DNA from: Trypanosoma brucei
Lineage: Eukaryota
Direction: 5' to 3'
NCBI GenBank assembly: GCA_000002445.1
Contig: CP000070.1
Span: 1,280,001 to 1,344,000 of the forward strand
Length of the DNA: 64,000 nt
Position 1 is the stretch's first letter. Each line of letters starts with the position of its first letter. The translations under genes and the position numbers were made by a program. Positions 41,183 to 51,152 of this stretch are shown in pieces. Below the pieces are notes generated by a model. It searched no databases. It saw only the letters and a program-made list of their open reading frames with translations, and was not told where the DNA came from.

Positions 41183-43534
41183 GTGACAACACTGAACTAC
41201 CGCAGGTTATCGGCAACCAAATTTGTGGCGAGGTATTTTAGGAGAATAATCTCTTTCTTTGAAAGACATACACGTGGTGTACGGCACAACTCAATGTCTG
41301 GTTCTTTCCGAAAAATATGTGAGCCTCCTGTTATGGAGGGTATCGAAGTTTCTGCGTTGGACATACGTAGTCGTCGGCAATTTAGAACCACAGGATCCGA
41401 TGTGATGGAAAAGTATATTTCATCGTCTTTTTTACCTATATTAAGGGAGATTATTCCTCACAGTGATAATCCACCGGGGTTTGGTGGGTGCTGGTTTTGG
41501 GGTTGTTACTTCCATGGTTTGTACGGTGAAGATATGTTGGTTGACCTAAACGGAACGGGAGTCAGTTTATCGGAAGATCCATTAGATACACAGGTTGCAC
41601 TGAGGAAGAAGTCGTTTTCATTGGCGGGAGACGAGTCAAATAAGGTTATTTTAGAGCACTGCTGCTCTAAGCTGGAAGCGCTATGTGGTTTGTGTCTTTC
41701 TGTGGTTCTACATGTAGCACGACAACCGATGTTGGAGGATGGGGAGGGACCGCAAGCGTTAGTGTTGTGTGCTACCAAGGACCAATGCGATGAAGTGCAC
41801 GAGCTCATAGATCGTTTCGGATCTGGTCTTCATTTAGTTACACACAATCTGTTTGGTGCGTACCCACCGATGCCAGCGGAAAGAAGAGCAGACATCGTCG
41901 TGGGTACTCTGCCGCTGTGGGAAAGCGTGGTACACCTCGCCCCTCGCAGCAGTCAGGATGAACTTGAAGAAATTTTATATCATTTGCCGTACGATACGAA
42001 CAGGGCGGCGTCAACAACACGGTGGCGACCATATTCTCTCGCTTTTGTTACTCAGTTGTTGCTTATCGATTTGGATTTGCAGCATTCACTCGGTTATTGG
42101 CCATTACTGCTACACCTGTTCGCTAAGCAGGGGCAGCTCACCCCGTCGATTCCACGCCGACCAAACGGCAGTGAAGGTCTCAAAGGGAGCCAGTGTTCGT
42201 ATGTTCACGGTGCCGTGCTTCCTAAGGAATGCCAGGTCTACTGTTTGGTGGACGGGTGCGGCGAGGGACGAAAGCTTTTTGGGACCTTGCTTGACTCTCG
42301 CAAACGTGATTATGCCTTGGAAAGCATAGAGCTTGCTTGCATCAGTTTGAGGGCCCAGTCTTTGAACATGAATGCACGAGCTATGGATTCTGCGAACTTA
42401 TATGCACAGGGGAGGACACGCCAGGATAGCAATGACGAGAGCAGTGATGCGAAAAGGGTGGAAAAATACATTCCACGGTTAGAAGTGTACAACGCGCTCT
42501 CGCACTCTCGGCTGCTGGTAGATGCTAGTGCCCTTGCTGAATTTGCTGCCGAGGCGGTCCGTTGTGCCCTCTCTTTTTGGTCGAGGTTTGAGGGGACGCC
42601 ACACACTGAGGACGTGGAAAACGCTTCTTCTGTCGTTGATGTTAGTTTGGCATACACATGCATAAATTCAGGTAGGTATTCCGGAGAAGGAGAGAGCGCG
42701 TGGTTTGTCACTAAAATGATGGCCGTAATAACACCAACCGAACACACAGCGATGCACCCCTCACGGACAACATTGCTTATAAAGCACTTGGCAGATGAGT
42801 TTTCGGGTCAGATATTCGATGGGGGTGTTTTGCAGTGTTTTTGCCGTTGCCAAGCGATAGAGCCGGTAGATCCTTTGGACGTGGTGCTTGGACCCATGTT
42901 CTCTGCCACGGCGAAGTCGCTTTCCGGAGAGCCACTTTTTTTCCCCGCGTGTGGCACTGAGGTAGTGGATGGAGACATGAGCGTGGTGGCTCGACACCGG
43001 GCTGAGCTCCACAAAGCGGTTATGAAGGCATCGTCGACAACAAATGTGTCCACATTGTTTCCCCTGTACAAGTTTCTCAGCACCGTGCCGCGGCTACCGT
43101 GGAACACTGTTCTTGTTTTCCGTCGTATTGATTCGTCCAGTTCCCTATTTTGTGGAATCCAAGGGGAACATAAACCAACCGCACTCCTTTACCTCGAGGA
43201 GTGCTGCCAGTATGGGAAGGTCATTTCTTTTTTTGTATATCAGAGACTGGATGTCGAAGACGGTGCGGAGGGAAGTGTGGATTTTTTTGTCGAGTTCCAA
43301 ACTTGTGAGGGTGCAATAGAGGCTGTTAAGCAGTTCTCAATTCGTCTCGCCACCCAGAACCAGCGAGGTGAGGGAACAGCACAAGTCAGATTTTTCCCAA
43401 ACGATTTGTACTACGAGGGTGTCAGTGCTGAGCTCCGTAAACTGGGTGGCGGCAACACAAGATGTGACGAGGAGAGTGAGGCAATGGACAGTGACGAAGA
43501 TTTTTTTGGTATTTCGCTTCTAGCCGAGCGGTGA
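41183..43534 (+). CDS. Hypothetical protein, 783 aa; possible RRM-like fold near the C-terminus
   Basis: Long complex ORF in array orientation. C-terminal segment GKVISFFVYQ...VDFFVEFQTCEGAIEAVKQF resembles an RNA-recognition-motif beta-alpha-beta pattern, but the match is weak. Confidence 0.6.
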   Translation: MTTLNYRRLSATKFVARYFRRIISFFERHTRGVRHNSMSGSFRKICEPPVMEGIEVSALDIRSRRQFRTTGSDVMEKYISSSFLPILREIIPHSDNPPGFGGCWFWGCYFHGLYGEDMLVDLNGTGVSLSEDPLDTQVALRKKSFSLAGDESNKVILEHCCSKLEALCGLCLSVVLHVARQPMLEDGEGPQALVLCATKDQCDEVHELIDRFGSGLHLVTHNLFGAYPPMPAERRADIVVGTLPLWESVVHLAPRSSQDELEEILYHLPYDTNRAASTTRWRPYSLAFVTQLLLIDLDLQHSLGYWPLLLHLFAKQGQLTPSIPRRPNGSEGLKGSQCSYVHGAVLPKECQVYCLVDGCGEGRKLFGTLLDSRKRDYALESIELACISLRAQSLNMNARAMDSANLYAQGRTRQDSNDESSDAKRVEKYIPRLEVYNALSHSRLLVDASALAEFAAEAVRCALSFWSRFEGTPHTEDVENASSVVDVSLAYTCINSGRYSGEGESAWFVTKMMAVITPTEHTAMHPSRTTLLIKHLADEFSGQIFDGGVLQCFCRCQAIEPVDPLDVVLGPMFSATAKSLSGEPLFFPACGTEVVDGDMSVVARHRAELHKAVMKASSTTNVSTLFPLYKFLSTVPRLPWNTVLVFRRIDSSSSLFCGIQGEHKPTALLYLEECCQYGKVISFFVYQRLDVEDGAEGSVDFFVEFQTCEGAIEAVKQFSIRLATQNQRGEGTAQVRFFPNDLYYEGVSAELRKLGGGNTRCDEESEAMDSDEDFFGISLLAER

Positions 43535-43905
43535 ATACACGTGGTTACGTTTGCGGGGCGGGTGAGTGTATTTACGTTGTTCCCCCAGCGAGTTGTCCTA
43601 GTGGGCGAGAACCAGAGCCACCGGCCGCGTCAGACTACATTAATATTCAACTCCATGCCATTATATTTCTTTATGGTTTTGTTGTCCTTTGCTTGCTAAC
43701 TGATTTTAACGGATCATCCGGAGTCTTTTTAATGTGTGCGTACACGTGCTGCACAAATAGTGTCGCTGCCATATGCGCCTGTTGGCGTTGTGCTGTGAGT
43801 TTATTTTGTGCCGTTTTCATTTGTTGAAGTAGGTTGCAACTTTTTTCACCTCTCCAATACGCATAACGGTTAACTAAATTTATTACTGAAAGGTTTCACG
43901 TAGTA

Positions 43906-44688
43906 ATGGTGTCACTGAAGCTCCAAGCTCGCCTGGCAGCGGACATCCTGCGCTGCGGCCGCGGCCGCGTGTGGTTGGACCCTAACGAAGCAGTAGAGAT
44001 TCGCAATGCCAATTCACGCAAGAGTGTACGCAAGTTGATCAAAGACGGTTTGGTAATGCGAAAGCCTGTTAAGGTGCATTCGCGCTCCCGCTGGCGCCAG
44101 ATGAAGTTGGCGAAGAGCATGGGACGCCACGAGGGTACCGGCCGCCGCGAGGGTACTCGCGAAGCACGCATGCCCAGCAAGGACCTTTGGATGCGCCGAC
44201 TTCGCATTCTTCGCCGTTTGCTTCGCAAGTACCGCGAAGAAAAGAAGATTGATCGGCACATCTACCGCGAGCTGTACATGAAGGCAAAGGGCAACGTGTT
44301 CCGCAACAAGCGCAACCTTATGGAGCACATCCACAAGGTGAAGAACGAGAAGAAGAAGGCTCGTCAGCTTGCTGAGCAACTCGCGGCGAAACGCCTAAAG
44401 GACGAGCAGAACCGCCGCAAGGCACGAAAGCAGGAGCTGAAGAAGCGTGAGAAGGAACGTGAGCGTGCACGCCGTGACGATGCCGCTGCTGCTGCCGCTG
44501 CCAAACAACGAGCTGCCGCGAAGAAGGCTGCCGCTCCCGCTGCCAAGAAGGGTGGCAAGGCTGTTGCCCCCGCCACTCCTGCGAAGGCCGCCCCTGCAAA
44601 GGCCGCCGCTGCGAAGGTTGCCCCAGCGAAGGCGGCTCCCGCAAAGGCCGCCAGCCCTGCCGGGAAGAAGGCAGCGGGTAAGAAGTGA
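43906..44688 (+). CDS. RPL19: 60S ribosomal protein L19e, copy 1, with C-terminal KAAPAKAA repeat tail
   Basis: [28 protein letters not shown]...[29 protein letters not shown]...[28 protein letters not shown] is canonical L19e. The Ala/Lys/Pro repeat tail is typical of trypanosomatid ribosomal proteins. Confidence 0.95.
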   Translation: MVSLKLQARLAADILRCGRGRVWLDPNEAVEIRNANSRKSVRKLIKDGLVMRKPVKVHSRSRWRQMKLAKSMGRHEGTGRREGTREARMPSKDLWMRRLRILRRLLRKYREEKKIDRHIYRELYMKAKGNVFRNKRNLMEHIHKVKNEKKKARQLAEQLAAKRLKDEQNRRKARKQELKKREKERERARRDDAAAAAAAKQRAAAKKAAAPAAKKGGKAVAPATPAKAAPAKAAAAKVAPAKAAPAKAASPAGKKAAGKK

Positions 44689-44888
44689 AGGTTGCACCAC
44701 TGCTTCTAACTGATTTTGGTACTTTTCTTTTTATTGTGTGTATCTGCTATGTTTTCTCTTTTTATGATTGAAAATTCTGTAATGTATATTTTGGATTTGT
44801 TACTTCGTCTTGCACATTTCAGAGATGCATTTTTTTCCCGGTTGTCGTGGCAGAAGGAGGCCTTTTCTAGTGTAGGAACCGTTTAGGT

Positions 44889-45248
44889 GTGATGTCTCAT
44901 GTCACAGCTGACCTCGAGTGTTTTAAGTGCGATATGTGCGGTGTATATCTTCACAAGGACATCTTCTGCAATCATAGACGTGAGTGTAAGGGTCCTCATT
45001 CAACAGAACTGAAGAAAAGTGAATGCCGTCAGATAGAAGCAGCGCTAAACGAAAAATCGAGAGAACGACTTGCGTTGCAGTCCGCTAGCGCAAGACCCCT
45101 TGTCCCTGCCGAACTCATGGAGTTACACCAGCAAGCGCGCATTCGGAGGGAGGTTGCCAACAAGTACGAGAGTGAGGTTGAGAGGAAAATTCAGGAGCGA
45201 CTTGCTCCCGAGAGGATGCTAGCTCTCGCTAAGTTTCTTGCGGAGTGA
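44889..45248 (+). CDS. Small Cys/His-containing ORF (119 aa) between the two RPL19 copies; possible small zinc-binding protein
   Basis: ORF in array orientation. CxxC...C...H...C arrangement (CFKCDMCGVYLHKDIFCNHRREC) followed by a charged, helical-looking C-terminal half. The intergenic context leaves room for UTRs on both sides. Confidence 0.35.
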   Translation: MMSHVTADLECFKCDMCGVYLHKDIFCNHRRECKGPHSTELKKSECRQIEAALNEKSRERLALQSASARPLVPAELMELHQQARIRREVANKYESEVERKIQERLAPERMLALAKFLAE

Positions 45249-45589
45249 AGATAGATGCCTTTTTTGTTCATTGCTCTTCCATCTGATGTCGGAAACCTGT
45301 GAGGTGATTGGGTGAGATGTTTCCATCCTTCTCTGAAAATGCGTGGCCAAATATTTCTCCCATCCCTCAGGTACGCATCTACGCCTGCCGCGGCCGTCGG
45401 ATGTCAGCATGCCGTGGTGGTAGTGAGGTTAGGGTTGTAACTGTCACCGATTCACGGCGGTGAAGGGGTCGATGCTTTCGTTATGTCTCCTCTCATTCCT
45501 CCCCCGTACCGACATCCCACCGTATCGCTCTCCACCCCCTTGTTTTTTGTTTAATTTGTAGCCAATTTTGCTTCATCTTATACCCGTAG

Positions 45590-46372
45590 ATGGTGTCACT
45601 GAAGCTCCAAGCTCGCCTGGCAGCGGACATCCTGCGCTGCGGCCGCGGCCGCGTGTGGTTGGACCCTAACGAAGCAGTAGAGATTCGCAATGCCAATTCA
45701 CGCAAGAGTGTACGCAAGTTGATCAAAGACGGTTTGGTAATGCGAAAGCCTGTTAAGGTGCATTCGCGCTCCCGCTGGCGCCAGATGAAGTTGGCGAAGA
45801 GCATGGGACGCCACGAGGGTACCGGCCGCCGCGAGGGTACTCGCGAAGCACGCATGCCCAGCAAGGACCTTTGGATGCGCCGACTTCGCATTCTTCGCCG
45901 TTTGCTTCGCAAGTACCGCGAAGAAAAGAAGATTGATCGGCACATCTACCGCGAGCTGTACATGAAGGCAAAGGGCAACGTGTTCCGCAACAAGCGCAAC
46001 CTTATGGAGCACATCCACAAGGTGAAGAACGAGAAGAAGAAGGCTCGTCAGCTTGCTGAGCAACTCGCGGCGAAACGCCTAAAGGACGAGCAGAACCGCC
46101 GCAAGGCACGAAAGCAGGAGCTGAAGAAGCGTGAGAAGGAACGTGAGCGTGCACGCCGTGACGATGCCGCTGCTGCTGCCGCTGCCAAACAACGAGCTGC
46201 CGCGAAGAAGGCTGCCGCTCCCGCTGCCAAGAAGGGTGGCAAGGCTGTTGCCCCCGCCACTCCTGCGAAGGCCGCCCCTGCAAAGGCCGCCGCTGCGAAG
46301 GTTGCCCCAGCGAAGGCGGCTCCCGCAAAGGCCGCCAGCCCTGCCGGGAAGAAGGCAGCGGGTAAGAAGTGA
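45590..46372 (+). CDS. RPL19: 60S ribosomal protein L19e, copy 2 (identical to copy 1)
   Basis: Identical 260-aa translation to 43906-44688. Confidence 0.95.
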   Translation: MVSLKLQARLAADILRCGRGRVWLDPNEAVEIRNANSRKSVRKLIKDGLVMRKPVKVHSRSRWRQMKLAKSMGRHEGTGRREGTREARMPSKDLWMRRLRILRRLLRKYREEKKIDRHIYRELYMKAKGNVFRNKRNLMEHIHKVKNEKKKARQLAEQLAAKRLKDEQNRRKARKQELKKREKERERARRDDAAAAAAAKQRAAAKKAAAPAAKKGGKAVAPATPAKAAPAKAAAAKVAPAKAAPAKAASPAGKKAAGKK

Positions 46373-46655
46373 AAGATGACTCCTTTTTTCTTTTGTTAAT
46401 TCTTTTCTAAAGAACTTGCACGTTTTGTGCCCACTATTACCATCATCGTCTATTTCTTATTGTTATTCTGTTTCCATAATGATAACACCCGCTTTGGATC
46501 TTCCCCTGTTTTCAGGCTCATTGCTTTGTTGCGGCGGTTCGCGTGGCCGTTTTCAAGGAATAAATATTTGGCTATATTGTTGATATTAGGGTGAAGCGAC
46601 CATTTATTTGTTACTTTAGAACATTGTCTCTTCTGCTCGGGGCATCGTTTGACAG

Positions 46656-47744
46656 TTGTCTATGATTCTATCCCTCGACATGAAAAATGCGCCCGATTCA
46701 CGATGTAAGTCATCGGGACACGGCGGTAAATGCCGGAAGGAGGGTAATCTTTCACGATCACAACACGAAAGTGCCACTCACACACCTGTGCGGGCACGTG
46801 GTCCCCGGAGGAGTACTTCTCGGTTAGTAAACGAGCGGTCGCCAAACAGGTGCGGTTGGGCTATAGGTGCTAGTGCGATGGAGGAAACACCGGAGATTCT
46901 GGGTTTGCGCCGCCGGGCTGAGGAGGTTGCTCCAATTTTGGGTGCTAATGTTTGTCAAATCCGTGATCTGTTACTATTACAGCGTGTAGCGATCGAGGTT
47001 GCTGAACGATTCTCCCGTCTGGAGGAGTGGTACGTTGCACAGTTGCGGGAGCGCTCCGAGTACTTGGAGCACCGCGTGACGCAGTTGGCGGAGGCTGCTG
47101 CTTCTCAGACCGCTTATTTAACCTCTGATAAGTCCCGAACACCGACGGCGGTACGTCACCGTCAAGGTTTAACCGGTAGAGCCGCGGGGATGAGTAGGCC
47201 CTCGCTCAGTTTTCGCAGTAGGTCTCCTTCGAGTAACGATGATGCTGGGAGGAGCGGTGGGGCCGCGCCGTCTTCCCCTTTCAAGGTCCAGCATTCAAAG
47301 AATTTAAACAGCTCGCGCATTCGTTTTACAGGGCGTTCTACCGCGTCACTGTTCGCTCTGCACTTTCAACCTCCAACTGTCGAACATAACTATAACAATT
47401 CGGCCGATACTTCTCGGGGGACGGGCCCCAACAGACGTCGGACTATGGATATGTTAGGACCTTGTGGGGGCGCAAGTGCCATGAGGATGAAACTAACGAT
47501 GAAAGACAAGCGAAAGTCACCAAGTTCAGGTTCCCACCAGAGGCGTCCTTCTAAGGGGGGTAGCGAATCCGAGGTGTACGATACCCTGAATGGTAGCAAT
47601 AGCAACAATAAGCAGATTAGTACACGGCGCGCTTGTGGTTCAACTATCTTGCTCTCAGTTTCAGATAGGAAGCACACACCACGTCGTGTGTTGCCCGCTT
47701 CCAGCAGACTGATTTATGCGGTCGATGCGATCGCACGGGAATGA
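46656..47744 (+). CDS. Hypothetical Ser/Arg-rich protein with a short coiled-coil segment; the real start may be an internal Met (MEETPEILG)
   Basis: ORF of 362 aa in array orientation. Helical segment LLLQRVAIEVAERFSRLEEWYVAQLRERSEYLEHRVTQLAEAAA. The rest is S/R/G-rich and low in complexity. Confidence 0.45.
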   Translation: MSMILSLDMKNAPDSRCKSSGHGGKCRKEGNLSRSQHESATHTPVRARGPRRSTSRLVNERSPNRCGWAIGASAMEETPEILGLRRRAEEVAPILGANVCQIRDLLLLQRVAIEVAERFSRLEEWYVAQLRERSEYLEHRVTQLAEAAASQTAYLTSDKSRTPTAVRHRQGLTGRAAGMSRPSLSFRSRSPSSNDDAGRSGGAAPSSPFKVQHSKNLNSSRIRFTGRSTASLFALHFQPPTVEHNYNNSADTSRGTGPNRRRTMDMLGPCGGASAMRMKLTMKDKRKSPSSGSHQRRPSKGGSESEVYDTLNGSNSNNKQISTRRACGSTILLSVSDRKHTPRRVLPASSRLIYAVDAIARE

Positions 47745-48265
47745 TGCGTGTACTTTTTTTCTTTTCGTGGTTGGGTACTGAGAGGTCATTCATTTAGTGG
47801 ATGTAAGTTTTTTTTCGTTTTGTCGAATTACGAGGTGAACCATTGTGTGCCTTCATGGTATGACGCCGTGGTGCCCTTGTTATGCGTTGATCTCCTCTAG
47901 AGCAGGGAAAGAAAGAATGATCCATGTACAGAAAGGTCGCTATGGGTGGGATATTCTGTTTGTTTCTGATTTCTGTTTATAGAAAGCGTGTGCGTTTGTG
48001 TGATCGCAAATAAGACTCGTATAATATGTTGAAATATGTTTGCATAATGTGCAATTCTCTTTTTGTTGCATGTCTTTATGTTGCTGGTGTTATGCTTCTG
48101 TTATTACTTCCTGCTAAGATCTGGAAAGGACGGAACTTAGCCGTGAGGGAAACTGGAGAAACGCAGGAGGAGGTGTCGTACCTTTCGCAAACAAGGTAGG
48201 TAGCTCATTATAATCGCTAACTGATCGGGTGAAGAGGGTGAAAGGACGTGTGACGGCACACCGCG

Positions 48266-50140
48266 ATGGAGCAAACCAGCAAACCCGCTAACCTTCCTCC
48301 CTGTTCACCAAGACAGGCGGTGAAGAATATTCTTAGGGGTGTCGATAGCCACGTTCGGGTTATGTCCCATTTAGATAACGTGTCCACTTCTTCCAGTTAC
48401 TCGGCGGTGCGGCTGAAGAAGCCGAAAACGGATTCTTGGACGGAACCATTTAACGTGACCCGTGTGCATCGAGGTACATCTACGAATAGTTTCTACCAGG
48501 AGGTTATAGCACCGTGCGTGGCAAACTGTTTAGCTGGGCAGAGTTACCTGTTTTTAGTTAGTGGTCCCTGTGAAAGCGGTCGAAGTCAGACCCTCTACGG
48601 CAGTCCACACCATAAAACCAAGGGCGTCGTTGAACTTGCCGCCGAAGACTTGTTGGGCTATATGACCGGTGGTGCTGAGAACAACGATGACAACCCTAGT
48701 AGGGGGCAGCCAACAGTCACCCATTCCGCCTTTGTTACGCGCGGGTCACACATAAACGAAACAAAGACAGGCGAGCCCGTTCCTATTGTGGACTTTCCAC
48801 CTCCGCTGGGTCGCACTGCTCTTCCGCGCATGCAGTTGCTAGAGTCAGCTGCTAGCGTTGTACAAATACCCGAGCACAAGTATTCAGACACTTCTTGTAT
48901 TATTCAGTTTCAGGTTTATGTTCCGGTGGACACCCTAGGACGGCGTTCCATGGCCACACTAACCTTTGTGGACGCTGCAGCATTTCACTCGCAGCCGTGC
49001 AGTGAGGTTCGTCATCTTGTATCTACCGTGCGTCGGGTGGCGGGACTGTCTAACGGCGACGGCCCCAGTTTCGATCAGAGGAAACTGACGACTTTGCTTG
49101 AGCCTGCACTTATGGGTTATGTCACGCTAATGTCCATCACAACCATCAGTGGTCGAGATGACTTACACGAAGCGGCATGTGAAGCTCTGCGCTTCGCTGA
49201 GACCATTAGTCGGATTCATCAGGTTCTTATGTTAGTACACATCAACACGCCCAAGTGGTTCCTAGACACGGCGGAGAAAGTAGAGGTTCTGAGGTCCCAG
49301 CGTAATAAGATGCTGTCTGAACAGCATGCTCGCGGCGTGTATGACTATTACGTGACTGTCACCAAGTGGTTGTCTCAGCATGTGGCCGGCGCCGGTTGTA
49401 CGTTTGATAAATTACTTGAAGAAGTGGAGCAAATTCGTGAAGACCTTGCGTGTGAGATGAAGGAGAGGGTTAAAAGCGTCCAGGCATCTATACAAGAGGC
49501 TGAGAAACAGCACGCTCTTCAACTTGAGCGCACACGCAATGCCCACGCGATAACAACTTCACAATTGGACAAGGTAAAACGCTTAGACGAAACAATAGCC
49601 GCGCTTACTCAGAAGGTGACACAGCGAGATCTGTTCAACGACCACAAAATAAGCGAAATGCGTATCGAAATATCTGCTATTGAAAGCGAAACAGAGACGC
49701 GGAGACAGGAGTTGCTGCGGTTCGAAAATGAGGAGAGGCTGTACGGAACTAAATGCGCGGAGGTGATGGGGGTTCTTGAGAAATATTCAGCAGACCTTGC
49801 TAATTCCCAGATGCACTACGTGCTCACCGAAGAGATGAGTGCCATCGAAGAAAAGAAGAAACGCCTGGAGGCAGATCTTGCAACTGCTTCGCGTATTGCA
49901 CATATGGAGAGTGACAATTTCCGCGCTAATCGAGAGAAGAATTCACGCCTCTCACACCTGTCGGTGATGCAGCAGAAAGTTGACTCCCTTCGGGGACGTA
50001 TCTTAACAAACAGCGTTTCCCATACCATGAGCCGAAGCGCAAGCCACCTTAGCCCGCGTAGTCAGCCTGACGCTTCGCCTTCAGAGTCACCGGCGCAAAA
50101 GCGGCGGCGGTTCGCAAGCCCGCGGTACTCCGCTGTGTAG
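48266..50140 (+). CDS. Kinesin-like protein with degenerate nucleotide-binding motifs (pseudo-motor) and a C-terminal coiled coil
   Basis: The kinesin motor fold is recognizable. The segment FYQEVIAPCVANCLAGQSYLFLVSGPCESGRSQTLYGSP corresponds to Q..VY......L.GYN.TIFAYGQTGSGKTYTM.G. GIIPR corresponds to GVVEL. The neck/alpha4-6 region KLTTLLEPALMGYVTLMSITTISG corresponds to SKLTRLLQDSLGGNSKT.MIA.ISP. A long heptad region follows at about residues 370-560. Walker A is GPCESGRS (Lys to Arg, Thr to Ser). Switch II DLAGSE is replaced by DAAAFH. Confidence 0.75.
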   Translation: MEQTSKPANLPPCSPRQAVKNILRGVDSHVRVMSHLDNVSTSSSYSAVRLKKPKTDSWTEPFNVTRVHRGTSTNSFYQEVIAPCVANCLAGQSYLFLVSGPCESGRSQTLYGSPHHKTKGVVELAAEDLLGYMTGGAENNDDNPSRGQPTVTHSAFVTRGSHINETKTGEPVPIVDFPPPLGRTALPRMQLLESAASVVQIPEHKYSDTSCIIQFQVYVPVDTLGRRSMATLTFVDAAAFHSQPCSEVRHLVSTVRRVAGLSNGDGPSFDQRKLTTLLEPALMGYVTLMSITTISGRDDLHEAACEALRFAETISRIHQVLMLVHINTPKWFLDTAEKVEVLRSQRNKMLSEQHARGVYDYYVTVTKWLSQHVAGAGCTFDKLLEEVEQIREDLACEMKERVKSVQASIQEAEKQHALQLERTRNAHAITTSQLDKVKRLDETIAALTQKVTQRDLFNDHKISEMRIEISAIESETETRRQELLRFENEERLYGTKCAEVMGVLEKYSADLANSQMHYVLTEEMSAIEEKKKRLEADLATASRIAHMESDNFRANREKNSRLSHLSVMQQKVDSLRGRILTNSVSHTMSRSASHLSPRSQPDASPSESPAQKRRRFASPRYSAV

Positions 50141-51152
50141 CGGTGTCAGCTACGTTGCCTTCCTTTTGCTTTCCTTTTCATTCACTGTATCTTTTTTGGC
50201 GTCGGGGTACGGCCAACATACTGCAAAATAATGTTAGGTTCACACATGTATATATATATATATATAGAACTAGATCACCTCTCGCTTACGCGGGGAGTGC
50301 TTCGTGCGAAGAGGCGAAAATGGAGAAAAAGGATGCGCTTTTACGACGGGACAGGAGTTGTGGTCACCTCACCAGTGTTTGTTTGTACTATTATGAGAAA
50401 TGTTAGGGGAAATGAAGCAGAAGAGAAGGAAAATGTGGATCGGTAGATGAGACAGAGGTGAACTTAATTACTGTAAGTAGTTACTGGGTTTGTACGCTTA
50501 CTGTGTGTAGGGGAAAAGAGGGGTTTCCGACATTAGGCAGTGTGTGCGCGGTGGCAAGGGCGATTGCCACCTACGCACACGTGCCTCTATCCTTTGTATC
50601 CATACGTTTTAATGTGTCTGCATGGTGGGAGTGTACAGAGGGAGGTTGTTTGTGCCGCACTAACCGCGGCCATTTGTTTGTTCCATTTGTTGGATAGTAT
50701 TTATTTCCGCGGTTACGTAACTTGGGGGTGCATGTGTATGTGCTTCCTTCCCATAAATTGCGCTGTGTTGAACTACCTCCCTGAGTGGGGAAAGTTCTTT
50801 TTTTTGAATATTTCTTTATTTTTGCCAAAACAAAAAAACCTGCTTTATATTTTGACAGCTTGTTGCACTTGCAAGGGTGAAGCACTTGTGCTTTCCGTAC
50901 TTCACGGTAGGGGAAAGTTATAGGCAAAAGAAGCAACGCGGAAGGGGCTATTTTTCTCCCTTCGCGGTGAAGAGAAGGAGGGTAAAGGAGCAAACGGAAA
51001 AGCAGCCAAACTCAGAAGGAAAAAGCTTCAGGAAAGCCGTTGAGGCACGGAAGGTTAAAAAGAAACAACCCTATATTGGGCGGCTCAAGTGTATCTTGTA
51101 GAGGGTTTGGGTATTCACCAAGACTCTTGAGCTCAGTGCAGCGCCGCAGGTA

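Larger units (their letters stand above)
43906..46372 (+). repeat. Tandem duplication of the RPL19 gene (two identical 783-bp CDS copies 1684 bp apart; flanking UTR/intergenic sequence not conserved)
   Basis: The two CDSs translate to identical 260-aa proteins. Every overlapping alternative-frame ORF is also identical between copies (for example 44014-44379 vs 45698-46063). This implies nucleotide identity across the CDS. Sequence immediately 5' and 3' of the CDS differs. Confidence 0.9.

Noticed and set aside
44014-44700. Antisense and alternative-frame ORFs within both RPL19 copies (44014-44379, 44318-44644, 44395-44700 and their duplicates)
   Set aside because: They arise from GC-rich, GCN/AAG-repeat codons of the Ala/Lys/Pro tail. 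They duplicate only because the CDS is duplicated.
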